A stretch of 64,000 nucleotides of DNA from positions 186,001 through 250,000 of the forward strand of contig JASTWF010000346.1 in NCBI GenBank assembly GCA_030390025.1, in the 5' to 3' direction. A program made the position numbers and the translations under genes. The notes beneath the pieces were generated by a model. The model saw nothing but the letters and a program-made list of their open reading frames with translations, ran no database searches and had not been told where the DNA came from. The DNA comes from Squalus acanthias. Its lineage: Eukaryota. Shown here in pieces: positions 1-9,512 of this stretch; position 1 is the stretch's first letter, and the number at the start of each line of letters is the position of its first letter.

Positions 1-256
1 CAAGGGCCCATCCAAAAGACATTAATATGTAAACTCCCAACGGCTCTACGATGAGAGAGCCGTTAGCAGGTAGTTATACAGGACACTTGGAAGCCCCAAA
101 CCCCTCCAGGGAGAACACCGACCGATTTAACAATGGGAGAAGTATTAACAGGTACTCAAACATTCATGAGTAGCCCCGAAACCCATTAAGGACGGAGATC
201 ACCCACACAAGACATTTGGGCGCCAAACCCTAAACAAAAGAATGGACATTATAGTT

Positions 257-288
257 GGGCGGGAAACGGAAGATTTTTGCACTATAAT
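257..288 (+). promoter_or_regulatory. Putative LTR promoter (GC box GGGCGG + TATAAT)
   Basis: GGGCGG at 257-262 and TATAAT at 283-288, conserved in all five LTR copies in the window; function inferred from motif only. Confidence 0.4.
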
Positions 289-1094
289 TGCAGGCCCCAA
301 ACCGTCCATTCGCTCTCTTGCTGCTTGCCTCTTGTTCGTGCTCCTGCGTTCGCTCGATTGCTCCTGTGTTTTATCCGGTCGATTCGTAACCTCGTGGCTG
401 CTCCTGTGTAAAAGACTGTTGAACTTTCTGATCCGTTCGGATCTACCTCGTGTCGCGTAACGAAGACCTATGTTGGTAACTGGCAGCGGAACCAAAGGCC
501 CGAGATGAGATGAGATGAGATGAGATGAGAGGAGAAGAGAAGAAGACCATATCCATCGCCACGGTCAGTAAATCCCGACCGCGCCTGTAGGTCGATCAGC
601 CAAGTCTTCTCGACAGGAAGTTTTCTTCTTTAACAAAACATATTGCATCAATGATAACTGGACTGTGTAAACACATCGTATCAGTGATATTGACAACGGT
701 GTTCCAAGATTAAACTTTGAAGCCCACCAACAGAGGTCTTCACTACAGCGGACGGTCCAGCCGACTAGCCGAGCAGCAGAAGCAGGAAACAAGTGGGACC
801 AGGAGATCTCCTGACCAACACGTGGGTGCTGCGGTGAAAAACATCCGATCAGCTATTCGGGATTTCTCCGAGTTATTACGAGTGGTGAGCATGAGTCTCG
901 AGATCCTACGAAGCTAGTTTAGGATAGATATTGATAGGGGAGGGTTTAAAGATTAAGGATATTTGTAATGTGTGCCCTATTTACGTTGTGCCGTTCGTTC
1001 CTCGTTTCCCTAAGAGTGATTATAACTGTTTGTAAGATTGTACTGTCATTAATCTGTGCGTATGACATGTATTTCATAATTTTAAGTATCATGC

Positions 1095-1100
1095 AATAAA
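1095..1100 (+). terminator. Putative LTR polyadenylation signal AATAAA
   Basis: AATAAA about 240 bp before the LTR 3' end, conserved in every LTR copy. Confidence 0.55.
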
Positions 1101-1346
1101 GATTTTCCATTTCGTACCGTTCAAACCAAGTCTACATGAGTTTTATCTCCATTACTGCTCTCACATCTAAGTCCAGTGTCTAGAACCGTAAGGGAGAGTG
1201 ATTCGAACCACTCACAGGGGTGTCTAGTGTTCCCAAACTGGCTGGAGACCAGGCCTAGACCCGCACTGACATACAGGCTGCACAGAGCCGCGTGAATCTC
1301 ACAGGCTACGAGACACGCAGGGTCAGGAGAGAATCCCCTACAGAAA

Positions 1347-3158
1347 ATGGCGACCGCGGCAGGACTCTGGCAGCGAGAGGGTAGTGTGTTAGATTATGGA
1401 ATGACTGTACGAAATGTGATGCAGGAAAAGATAGCGGATTACGTATTTGGAAAGGTTAATCTAACTAAAAAGTGGATAAGCGAATTGTTAGCGGATAAGA
1501 GCCCACTAGAGGCAGCTGAAAGGTGGACTGATAGTAAGGAGCATAAAAAGGCAGTTGAGAAAGCAGTCTGGCTTATGTGCTACAAAAGGCAGGTTCAGAT
1601 TTCAAACCAGACCAATACAGCGCTAACCGCTCGAATCAAGCAGTCAGAGGAGGAAATGGAGGAGAAGGTTTCTGGAGGGGAGGCGCTCATTAAGAGTTTA
1701 AATGAGTTACGCCAGGAAAGCCAGGAAGTCTCCAGTTACCTTAAAACAAGGGTAGAGTATCTCGAGTGCCAGATCACTGAAGCAAAATTGAACGAGAGTA
1801 GGATGAAGGAAAGATGTAACCGCCAAGCTGCCCAGATAAGAACTCAAGAAGAGAGCTTAATGGGGGTTAGGTCGGCGTATAAGTTGGCCCTTGAGGATAA
1901 GTTTCAGGGAGCCGACCATAGCGCCTGCCAAAAAGAGATAGAGAGCCTCAAAAAGGCCGTGAATAATGCGAACGGCATGGTGTGCCTTATTAATCCGTCG
2001 GCACGCCAGCCGCTAGTAAATGAGAGATTTAGAAATTCCCCATCAAGTAAAGCAGAAGAAGTAGTAGCCACTGCGCCCTCCGCGCCACCCAGCTATTCAG
2101 AAACCTGGGTTAGGGAGGAAGCAACGGAAGAAGCAAAAGAGCCCGTTGAAAAGGAAGTAGAAAAGGGATCGTTGTATCCAGTAACGGGGATTAAAAGGGG
2201 CCCAAGCAGAAACGGTGGGGAAGAACCGGGGGATCTCCTCGGACAGCTGGTGTTGCCTCACAGTTCACATCAGCTGAGGGCCATGATAAACCACGTAAGG
2301 AAGCTGACCGAGATAGACGACCCTTCCGTACATTTCAGGGAAGTTGAGCAAGCCGCAGCCATTAACGGCTGCGATTATGGGGAGACAGCAAAAATGCTGC
2401 TGTTCTCGTTAGATAGCTCGGTCCTTCAGTGTCTCTCAGGCGATAGCAAGAGGGGTAATAAAAGTTATGAGGAATTGAAAAATGAGGTCCTAGAAGTAGT
2501 GGGAGCGAACGACGGAGGTCCGTTTGCTAGAGTGGGACAGACAGTGCAGATGGAGGGAGAACCCCCGAAGGTTTTTGCCGACAGGCTGTGGCCAGTATAT
2601 GAGCGCAGCTGTCTGGGTGCGCCCGAGCGCGAAGATGTGGAAGGCGCCGCTTTAATTCATTGGCTTAGGTGCATAATAGCCAACAGTTTACCAGCCGTTA
2701 GAGAGCAGGCAAAAGCCTGGTTCGATCCCAATGACCTCAACCTTACGGAAGAGTCGGTCTTGAATCGACTTACGTTAGGTTACCGTAACATAAGGGGTAT
2801 GACGACACGTCCCTTTAAGGGAAGAGTACATGAGGTACGACCCGCAGCCCCAGCTCAAAGAGAGTGGCATCAGGAGGGTAATCGCGCCCCACAGGCAAGT
2901 AATGCCTGTTACGGGTGTGGGAAGACAGGGCACTGGCGCAAGCACTGCAGGAACCCTTGGAAGGATTCCAAGGATAAAAATCCCGCGGTCCGAGCCCAGG
3001 CGCCTGTCCCGGCTAAGGAAGCCAAGGCACCCACCCCTCCCGACGACCTCGAAGCAGTGTTAGGAGCCATGCGCAAGCTGGTTTTGAATGCGCGTGGACA
3101 GGTGGCGGTCGCAACCGGCCCCGTAGGTGCCGCAGGACCGTCTAATAGTACCCCATGA
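1347..3158 (+). CDS. gag: Gag polyprotein (N-terminal coiled coil, capsid-like region, single CCHC zinc knuckle)
   Basis: 603-aa ORF after the PBS; CYGCGKTGHWRKHC = CX2CX4HX4C; PSAP/PPSY late-domain-like motif. The true start may be a downstream ATG. Confidence 0.9.
   Translation: MATAAGLWQREGSVLDYGMTVRNVMQEKIADYVFGKVNLTKKWISELLADKSPLEAAERWTDSKEHKKAVEKAVWLMCYKRQVQISNQTNTALTARIKQSEEEMEEKVSGGEALIKSLNELRQESQEVSSYLKTRVEYLECQITEAKLNESRMKERCNRQAAQIRTQEESLMGVRSAYKLALEDKFQGADHSACQKEIESLKKAVNNANGMVCLINPSARQPLVNERFRNSPSSKAEEVVATAPSAPPSYSETWVREEATEEAKEPVEKEVEKGSLYPVTGIKRGPSRNGGEEPGDLLGQLVLPHSSHQLRAMINHVRKLTEIDDPSVHFREVEQAAAINGCDYGETAKMLLFSLDSSVLQCLSGDSKRGNKSYEELKNEVLEVVGANDGGPFARVGQTVQMEGEPPKVFADRLWPVYERSCLGAPEREDVEGAALIHWLRCIIANSLPAVREQAKAWFDPNDLNLTEESVLNRLTLGYRNIRGMTTRPFKGRVHEVRPAAPAQREWHQEGNRAPQASNACYGCGKTGHWRKHCRNPWKDSKDKNPAVRAQAPVPAKEAKAPTPPDDLEAVLGAMRKLVLNARGQVAVATGPVGAAGPSNSTP
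1348..1365 (+). promoter_or_regulatory. Primer-binding site complementary to tRNA-Arg(TCG)
   Basis: TGGCGACCGCGGCAGGAC(TC) 5 nt after the LTR; reverse complement of the recalled vertebrate tRNA-Arg-TCG 3' end (...GAGTCCTGCCGCGGTCG-CCA). Confidence 0.85.
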
Positions 3159-4301
3159 CTAGAGCCCACGCAGCCTGCCTACCTGTGTCCTTTTAAAAGA
3201 CACGCACAGGAGGGGGTCTGCGGTGAGGAGGCCAGGTTAAAAGAGCAGGCCTTGCGGGAGGAGAACGCCCGCTTAATAGGGAAAATAGATGGGCTGGAAG
3301 GGCAGCTTAGAGAGCAGGCCCTGCGGGAGGAGAATGCCCGAGCAATGGGAAAGTTAGACGTGCTCAGGCTAGAAGGGCAGCTTAGAGAGATAAAAGCAGC
3401 CTACAGGGTAGCCAGGAGCAGGGAGTATGAGGATTTAAAACAGGATAGAAATCTGCAGCCTCCAGCAGGTGAGATTTCACAGAAACAAGCAGGGGCGGTG
3501 GCCTGTCTTAAGGGAGGGGCCAGACCTGCGAGTGGGAAAGCACAGCCCCAGGTAGGACCACAAGGCACACAGGCAGGCATAGCAGCTTGCATCAGGGGAA
3601 GGGACATCCCGGACGATCATGCAGCGTTTTTCTGGAATTGGGGGTTAGATGAGGAAGAACCCAGGGTACCCTGGTCAGATGAGGATAGTGCAGATGAGCA
3701 TAGTGATGATGACGGGTGGTTCCTGAGGAACGGTCTGGGGGGAATGGGGCCTATAGGTAGAGATCCACACAGGGTGGACACACAAGCTGCAGGTCCCGAG
3801 GACAGGAGGGAGGAGCTAGAGGAGGCAGGGCCAGCCGCTATAGGAGCACAGAGAGTACCAATGTGGCTCCCAGAGATGTGGCCGCCCGCTTTGAACGTCC
3901 AGTCCTCAGGGGAGGCAGAGATCACGAGTGAAGGGCCGCCTGCTGGGCCGAGCAGGGCGGAGCCACGAACTGCCAGCCCCGAGGTTAGGGAGGCGGAGTC
4001 AGCGGAGGCGGAGCCGGCGACTGTGATGGAACCCCAGGTCATCCCGTTGGAGGTCTCGGAACCCGGTCCGTCCGTCACGGAACCCCCGCCCATAGCAACT
4101 CCCCGTAGGTCAAGTAGAGAACCCCAGCCCAGGAGGATGTGGTCATGTCCCCAGACTGCCCCAAGGCGTAGACTTCAGGTTAAGATAACCCGGGTAGAGA
4201 CAGGCCACATCGCAGCAGTAACAGGCTGCGGCAGATCAGAGGGAAGGGTCAGTGCCCTCCCACCGTCGGGAAGAGCTCGCAGCAGCCTTCTCAGAGTTTA
4301 A
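3159..4301 (+). CDS. In-frame read-through ORF of element B: 11 codons of the pol start + novel 114-aa coiled coil + Pol C-terminal tail
   Basis: Open and in frame with gag after TGA-CTAG; 3533-4301 matches the post-integrase tail of pol in element A (39220-38374); 3191-3532 has no nucleotide counterpart in A. Confidence 0.8.
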   Translation, partial: LEPTQPAYLCPFKRHAQEGVCGEEARLKEQALREENARLIGKIDGLEGQLREQALREENARAMGKLDVLRLEGQLREIKAAYRVARSREYEDLKQDRNLQPPAGEISQKQAGAVACLKGGARPASGKAQPQVGPQGTQAGIAACIRGRDIPDDHAAFFWNWGLDEEEPRVPWSDEDSADEHSDDDGWFLRNGLGGMGPIGRDPHRVDTQAAGPEDRREELEEAGPAAIGAQRVPMWLPEMWPPALNVQSSGEAEITSEGPPAGPSRAEPRTASPEVREAESAEAEPATVMEPQVIPLEVSEPGPSVTEPPPIATPRRSSREPQPRRMWSCPQTAPRRRLQVKITRVETGHIAAVTGCGRSEGRVSALPPSGRARSSLLRV

Positions 4302-4613
4302 AGGGGCCGCCCTGAGAACGGGCGGCACTGTAAAGTTATTAGTTTAAGTTTTAAGTTTATAGTTCAAGGTTAAGTTTAAGTTTGTAGTGTCAAGGTTAAG
4401 TTTTAAGTTTTAATAAGGCTAAGTTTGTAGTGTTTTTAACAGAAAACGATAAAATGATGGGAGTTTTAAGGCTAGGTTTAGAGGAAGGCTATTCAGCAAA
4501 CGTTGAAGTTTACGTGAGGCGAGGTCAGGGGACCCGTTCACCCTTCACAAAAGCCAGAGACTTTTTGCGAGGCTGGCTACCTCATTCTATCTGATCACAG
4601 GAACCAAGGAAGG

Positions 4614-6965
4614 ATGGAACGACTTCTAGTATTGCTCGTGGCAATCGGATGTGGATTGGCCTATCGAGGCCACACCAAGGATGTCGTGGTGTTTGGATGT
4701 TCCGGGGACACGGCCCCCATCGCGGTGGATGGGACCGGAAGACGGAAGGCAGAAGGGACCAGCACCTATTTCCACAAGGGAAGGTGGCCAGGATGGCTGG
4801 GAACGAACTCAACGGAGTATTCCAGCACATCGGGGTTCGCCTACAAAGAGAGTTCTTTAATGTGCCCCAAAGTACGGATCATCGCACCCAGGATCAGCGT
4901 CACCGTCGGCAAACGGATTTGTTTGACCTGTAGTGGGGATGTCCCATTGAGCCGATGGTGGTGGCTGCGAAAGCTGAGCAAAACTATGAGGAACTCTTCG
5001 GTCGAGTGGGAACGACTGGGTAATAATACCCATCGGACAATTACGGGGACAAACGGACAAGTGAAAGTCTGTTGGGACAAATGGTGGGAACCGGATGAGG
5101 GGATTTATGTTTGTATGTGGGGGTCAAAGTACATTTGCCCCAAAGGCATCTCCATATTTTTTATTAATCAGTGGCAGGATAACGGACAGGGGATGAGGTG
5201 GGATGCGAGCACCAGGGGGTGCGGAGCCCCATTCTCCCCGATCCCGGTAAATGCCACTGAGCTCATTACGCGCCCACGCAAAGCCCCGCCCACGATTCCG
5301 GTGGTTCTAGCTGAAGAGGAAGGGTGCCCTAAAACTAGTAAGGGACCCGGGAACGGTTTGGTACTGGTCCCCACAGACCAGATACTATTTCAGGGGGTAC
5401 ATTACGCGGTGGCCTCGGTGATTTTAAATCTCACTGAGGTACGGTTACCAGAGTGGTGCCCCAAAAAGACGGAACAGTTGTACCAGGTCCTGTTGACCAA
5501 GATGTTCAGACAATTTTACGAGTTTGATTTTGCAGAAATTGATAAGGCAAGTTTGTACACCGCACCGCAGGAAATTTTGGATCAAGTAGGGAGGCAAAGA
5601 AGGGGTTTGGTGAACGATGCGTTCACTGCTTTTAATACAGGGACATCTGTGGTCAACGCTCTAGACAGTGTGGAGCTGCAGACCCAGATTAATGGTTTAA
5701 AAACACAGTTAAAAGACATTCTAACAGATGAGAATAAAGTGGTAGGGTCAGGTCTACACGAGGACCAAGCCATGACTCTCCATTTAAAGGAAATTATAGC
5801 AGAGCTGGAGAAACATGCGCGTACGGTAAATGCCCTGATCAGGGAAGATCGGAATGCATCCGATCAAGCTGCGCAGAACGAGGTGTGCGTGCTTTACGGG
5901 GCGTGGTTACTGGGCGAGGGCCGCAGTAATTTGGAGGATTTAAAACAAGGTTTGGTTCCGTCCTGGATAAGTAACAAACACCTGCGGGCGCTCCACCCTT
6001 TTCAGAACGCATTAAGTCCGTGCCAGCTCAGGCTAGCTTCAGAAGCTTACCCAGTCCCCGTGGACTGTGGACGTTCAAACCATACTATTATGGGAATAGT
6101 ATTACGCATGCCGGTTTTGGGCAACACAGCAAAGCCCGCCCCGGTGTATCGGGTAGAGAACATTGGTGTCATTCAGGGGGGAGCCCACATTCGTTATGCA
6201 GCGGTTCCACCTTACGTCATCCGCTGGGAGCAAACGATGACAGGTACAGATCTCTCTGGTTGTCGTGGCAGGGGAGCACACATAATACTGTGCCCCCAGC
6301 ACTTGAATGCCTTTTTAACACCACAGTGCGGGTTCAGAACGGCTGGCGCCAAGTCCATGAATTGCACCATGGAGGCAATGGCACAAGATCATGTGCCTCC
6401 GCAGGTAGCATACATCGGGGGTGGAACATATTGTGTTACCACTGCAGCGCAACACTACCAGCATGGAAACCGTAGCCGGTGTCCGGTGAGTGACAGCAGT
6501 TTCTGTTTTAAACCCAGGGCTGAAGTTCAAGTAGCACAACAGCGAATTATCCCAATCCCTGAACCATCCACTGTTCATCTCACAGTAAAAGAGAATTTCA
6601 CCGACTTGCAGCGATTTGTCGCGCATTTTGGATACCTCATTCCCCCTCTCCCTGAGCATTTAACCAAACTTCTGAAAGCCGTCGCGGTGTCACAAAAGCA
6701 TTTTTATACATTAGAACAGAAAACCGTCGAAATAGGAACAGACATTTTGGACATAGTGGTTCCACCGTGGTGGAATCTGTTCACCAATATTGAAGTGCCT
6801 TCATGGGTCAGAATAGCCTCCCACATTTTAGTCGTCTGTCAAGTGTTTATTGTAGTGTACCTATTGTTCATACATTGTAAAAGAGACAAGCGCCTCACCA
6901 AGCATGAGAACACGGGAGAGTGGCGAGAACGTTACGTGCGCGTGCACGATGAGAGCACCGTGTAA
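4614..6965 (+). CDS. env: Intact Env glycoprotein: signal peptide, Ig-like domain, furin site RQRR, fusion peptide, heptads, Cys-rich region, TM, cytoplasmic tail
   Basis: 783-aa ORF; MERLLVLLVAIGCGLA signal; DEGIYVC Ig motif; RQRR|GLVNDAFTAF; TM IASHILVVCQVFIVVYLLFI; N-glycosylation sequons. Confidence 0.9.
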   Translation: MERLLVLLVAIGCGLAYRGHTKDVVVFGCSGDTAPIAVDGTGRRKAEGTSTYFHKGRWPGWLGTNSTEYSSTSGFAYKESSLMCPKVRIIAPRISVTVGKRICLTCSGDVPLSRWWWLRKLSKTMRNSSVEWERLGNNTHRTITGTNGQVKVCWDKWWEPDEGIYVCMWGSKYICPKGISIFFINQWQDNGQGMRWDASTRGCGAPFSPIPVNATELITRPRKAPPTIPVVLAEEEGCPKTSKGPGNGLVLVPTDQILFQGVHYAVASVILNLTEVRLPEWCPKKTEQLYQVLLTKMFRQFYEFDFAEIDKASLYTAPQEILDQVGRQRRGLVNDAFTAFNTGTSVVNALDSVELQTQINGLKTQLKDILTDENKVVGSGLHEDQAMTLHLKEIIAELEKHARTVNALIREDRNASDQAAQNEVCVLYGAWLLGEGRSNLEDLKQGLVPSWISNKHLRALHPFQNALSPCQLRLASEAYPVPVDCGRSNHTIMGIVLRMPVLGNTAKPAPVYRVENIGVIQGGAHIRYAAVPPYVIRWEQTMTGTDLSGCRGRGAHIILCPQHLNAFLTPQCGFRTAGAKSMNCTMEAMAQDHVPPQVAYIGGGTYCVTTAAQHYQHGNRSRCPVSDSSFCFKPRAEVQVAQQRIIPIPEPSTVHLTVKENFTDLQRFVAHFGYLIPPLPEHLTKLLKAVAVSQKHFYTLEQKTVEIGTDILDIVVPPWWNLFTNIEVPSWVRIASHILVVCQVFIVVYLLFIHCKRDKRLTKHENTGEWRERYVRVHDESTV

Positions 6966-7375
6966 TAGGAAAATGGCGTCACTCCCGCGCGCCACGTGCG
7001 CCGCGGAAGTTTGTACTCATTGTAAATACGTTGGAAACTCGACATGTTTAAGAGTTGGGATTTGTTTATTTTGGTGATGGTGTTGATTGTTTGGTTTTGG
7101 GTTTTGTTTTTCCTTTCCCTGAATAAAAGACAAATATACAGGTGATGCGTGAGGTATCGGCCTGGTTACGCCGGGAAGGAAAACAAGTGGTGTAAGTTTA
7201 AGGGCAAATGATGCCTACGGTGATATAAAATGTGATTTTCTTGGGAAATAAGGACGACACAGAGACCCTAGTTAAGTTAAAATTTATGGGATTAATTTAC
7301 TGGATTCGGAGTGAAATCGAGATAAGATTGCTCACCACTGAGATTTTTGATACGATAAGCGGAGTTATTCGCATC

Positions 7376-7387
7376 AACAGGAGGGAC
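7376..7387 (+). promoter_or_regulatory. Polypurine tract of element B
   Basis: AACAGGAGGGAC immediately before the TGTAG LTR start; the same sequence occurs in element A (35286-35297, minus). Confidence 0.7.
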
Positions 7388-9050
7388 TGTAGAATTCGCA
7401 ATTATCACGATTTGATTAATAAGGAGAAAACACAAAGTTTCGTTCAAACAGCCTTTATTTTCAGCAGAATGCTGTCAGGTTTAAATTGGACACAAGCAGC
7501 CTGTAAAATGGCCGCCGCACCTCGTGACAGAACATTCTAGACTTTTCAACAGGCAGACAAGATGGCGTTCCATTAAACATTTTTTTGCAAGATCGATAAC
7601 GATTCAGCACAGTGAAGATAATACACGAGACATTGTGGGTTTACAGTATAAACATAGATACTGGAATCGGTCTCCCAGGTGCAAAGGAAAGCCATTGTAC
7701 CAAGTACTCAAGGGCCCATCCAAAAGACATTAATATGTAAACTCCCAACGGCTCTACGATGAGAGAGCCGTTAGCAGGTAGTTATACAGGACACTTGGAA
7801 GCCCCAAACCCCTCCAGGGAGAACACCGACCGATTTAACAATGGGAGAAGTATTAACAGGTACTCAAACATTCATGAGTAGCCCCGAAACCCATTAAGGA
7901 CGGAGATCACCCACACAAGACATTTGGGCGCCAAACCTTAAACAAAAGAATGGACATTATAGTTGGGCGGGAAACGGAAGATTTTTGCACTATAATTGCA
8001 GGCCCCAAACCGTCCATTCGCTCTCTTGCTGCTTGCCTCTTGTTCGTGCTCCTGCGTTCGCTCGATTGCTCCTGTGTTTTATCCGGTCGATTCGTAACCT
8101 CGTGGCTGCTCCTGTGTAAAAGACTGTTGAACTTTCTGATCCGTTCGGATCTACCTCGTGTCGCGTAACGAAGACCTATGTTGGTAACTGGCAGCGGAAC
8201 CAAAGGCCCGAGATGAGATGAGATGAGATGAGATGAGAGGAGAAGAGAAGAAGACCATATCCATCGCCACGGTCAGTAAATCCCGACCGCGCCTGTAGGT
8301 CGATCAGCCAAGTCTTCTCGACAGGAAGTTTTCTTCTTTAACAAAACATATTGCATCAATGATAACTGGACTGTGTAAACACATCGTATCAGTGATATTG
8401 ACAACGGTGTTCCAAGATTAAACTTTGAAGCCCACCAACAGAGGTCTTCACTACAGCGGACGGTCCAGCCGACTAGCCGAGCAGCAGAAGCAGGAAACAA
8501 GTGGGACCAGGAGATCTCCTGACCAACACGTGGGTGCTGCGGTGAAAAACATCCGATCAGCTATTCGGGATTTCTCCGAGTTATTACGAGTGGTGAGCAT
8601 GAGTCTCGAGATCCTACGAAGCTAGTTTAGGATAGATATTGATAGGGGAGGGTTTAAAGATTAAGGATATTTGTAATGTGTGCCCTATTTACGTTGTGCC
8701 GTTCGTTCCTCGTTTCCCTAAGAGTGATTATAACTGTTTGTAAGATTGTACTGTCATTAATCTGTGCGTATGACATGTATTTCATAATTTTAAGTATCAT
8801 GCAATAAAGATTTTCCATTTCGTACCGTTCAAACCAAGTCTACATGAGTTTTATCTCCATTACTGCTCTCGCATCTAAGTCCAGTGTCTAGAACCGTAAG
8901 GGAGAGTGATTCGAACCACTCACAGGGGTGTCTAGTGTTCCCAAACTGGCTGGAGACCAGGCCTAGACCCGCACTGACATACAGGCTGCACAGAGCCGCG
9001 TGAATCTCACAGGCTACGAGACACGCAGGGTCAGGAGAGAATCCCCTACA
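7388..9050 (+). repeat. 3' LTR of element B (1663 bp)
   Basis: TGTAG...CTACA termini; direct repeat of 1-1342; contains a (GAGAT)n tract. Confidence 0.95.
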
Positions 9051-9512
9051 GACTAGAACTAGGGGACATAGTCTTAGAATAAGGGGCTGCTCTTTCAAAA
9101 CTGAGATGAGGAGGAACTACTTCACTCAGAGGGTGGTAGGTCCATGGAATATGCTGCCACAAAAAGCTGTAGAAGCTACATCATTAAATAAATTTAAAAC
9201 AGAAATAGACAGTTTCCTGGAAGTAAAGGGCATTAAGGGTTACGGGGAGCGGGCAGGAATTTGGACATGAGTCTAGGTTCGGATCGGTCATGGCCCTGTG
9301 GGTAGTGGAGCGGGCCCAGGGACCGTGTAGCCTGATTCTGCTCCTATTTCGTGTGTGCAATTCTGTTAGATGCAGGAGATGGTTCTGTGATAGATAGTAG
9401 ATTGGCGGTTAGGATCAGATCAGCCATGATCTTATTGAATGGCGGAGCAGGCTCGAGGGGCCGATTGGCCTACTCCTGCTCCTATTTCTTATGTTCTTAT
9501 GTTCTTATGTTC
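9051..9512 (+). mobile_element. CR1-type LINE 3' end fragments
   Basis: Encodes TRGHSLRIRG..FKTEMRRNYFTQRVV; 3' UTR ggcggagcaggctcgagggg and (TTCTTATG)n tail typical of chondrichthyan CR1. Confidence 0.8.

Larger units (their letters stand above)
1..1342 (+). repeat. 5' LTR of element B (truncated by window start, about 321 bp missing)
   Basis: Matches 7709-9050 at offset 7708 with only two substitutions seen by eye; ends CCCCTACA. Confidence 0.95.
1..9050 (+). mobile_element. Element B: pol-less (non-autonomous) endogenous retrovirus-like element, lokiretrovirus-like; LTR-PBS-gag-readthrough ORF-env-PPT-LTR; 5' end outside window
   Basis: Direct repeats 1-1342 and 7709-9050, PBS, PPT, gag and env ORFs nearly identical to those of the full provirus at 33577-46466, but no PR/RT/RH/IN motifs. 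Confidence 0.93.

Noticed and set aside
199..917. Short ORFs inside the LTRs as accessory genes
   Set aside because: They recur only because the LTR is repeated; frames and lengths are not conserved among the three LTR variants.
3617..4093. 158-aa antisense ORF present in both A and B
   Set aside because: Shadow of the GC-rich sense ORF; the two copies are too similar for its conservation to be informative.
6969..6990. GAAAATGGCG after env resembling the PBS context
   Set aside because: Only about 10 nt match and no tRNA complement recognised; equally explained as a YY1-like motif or chance.
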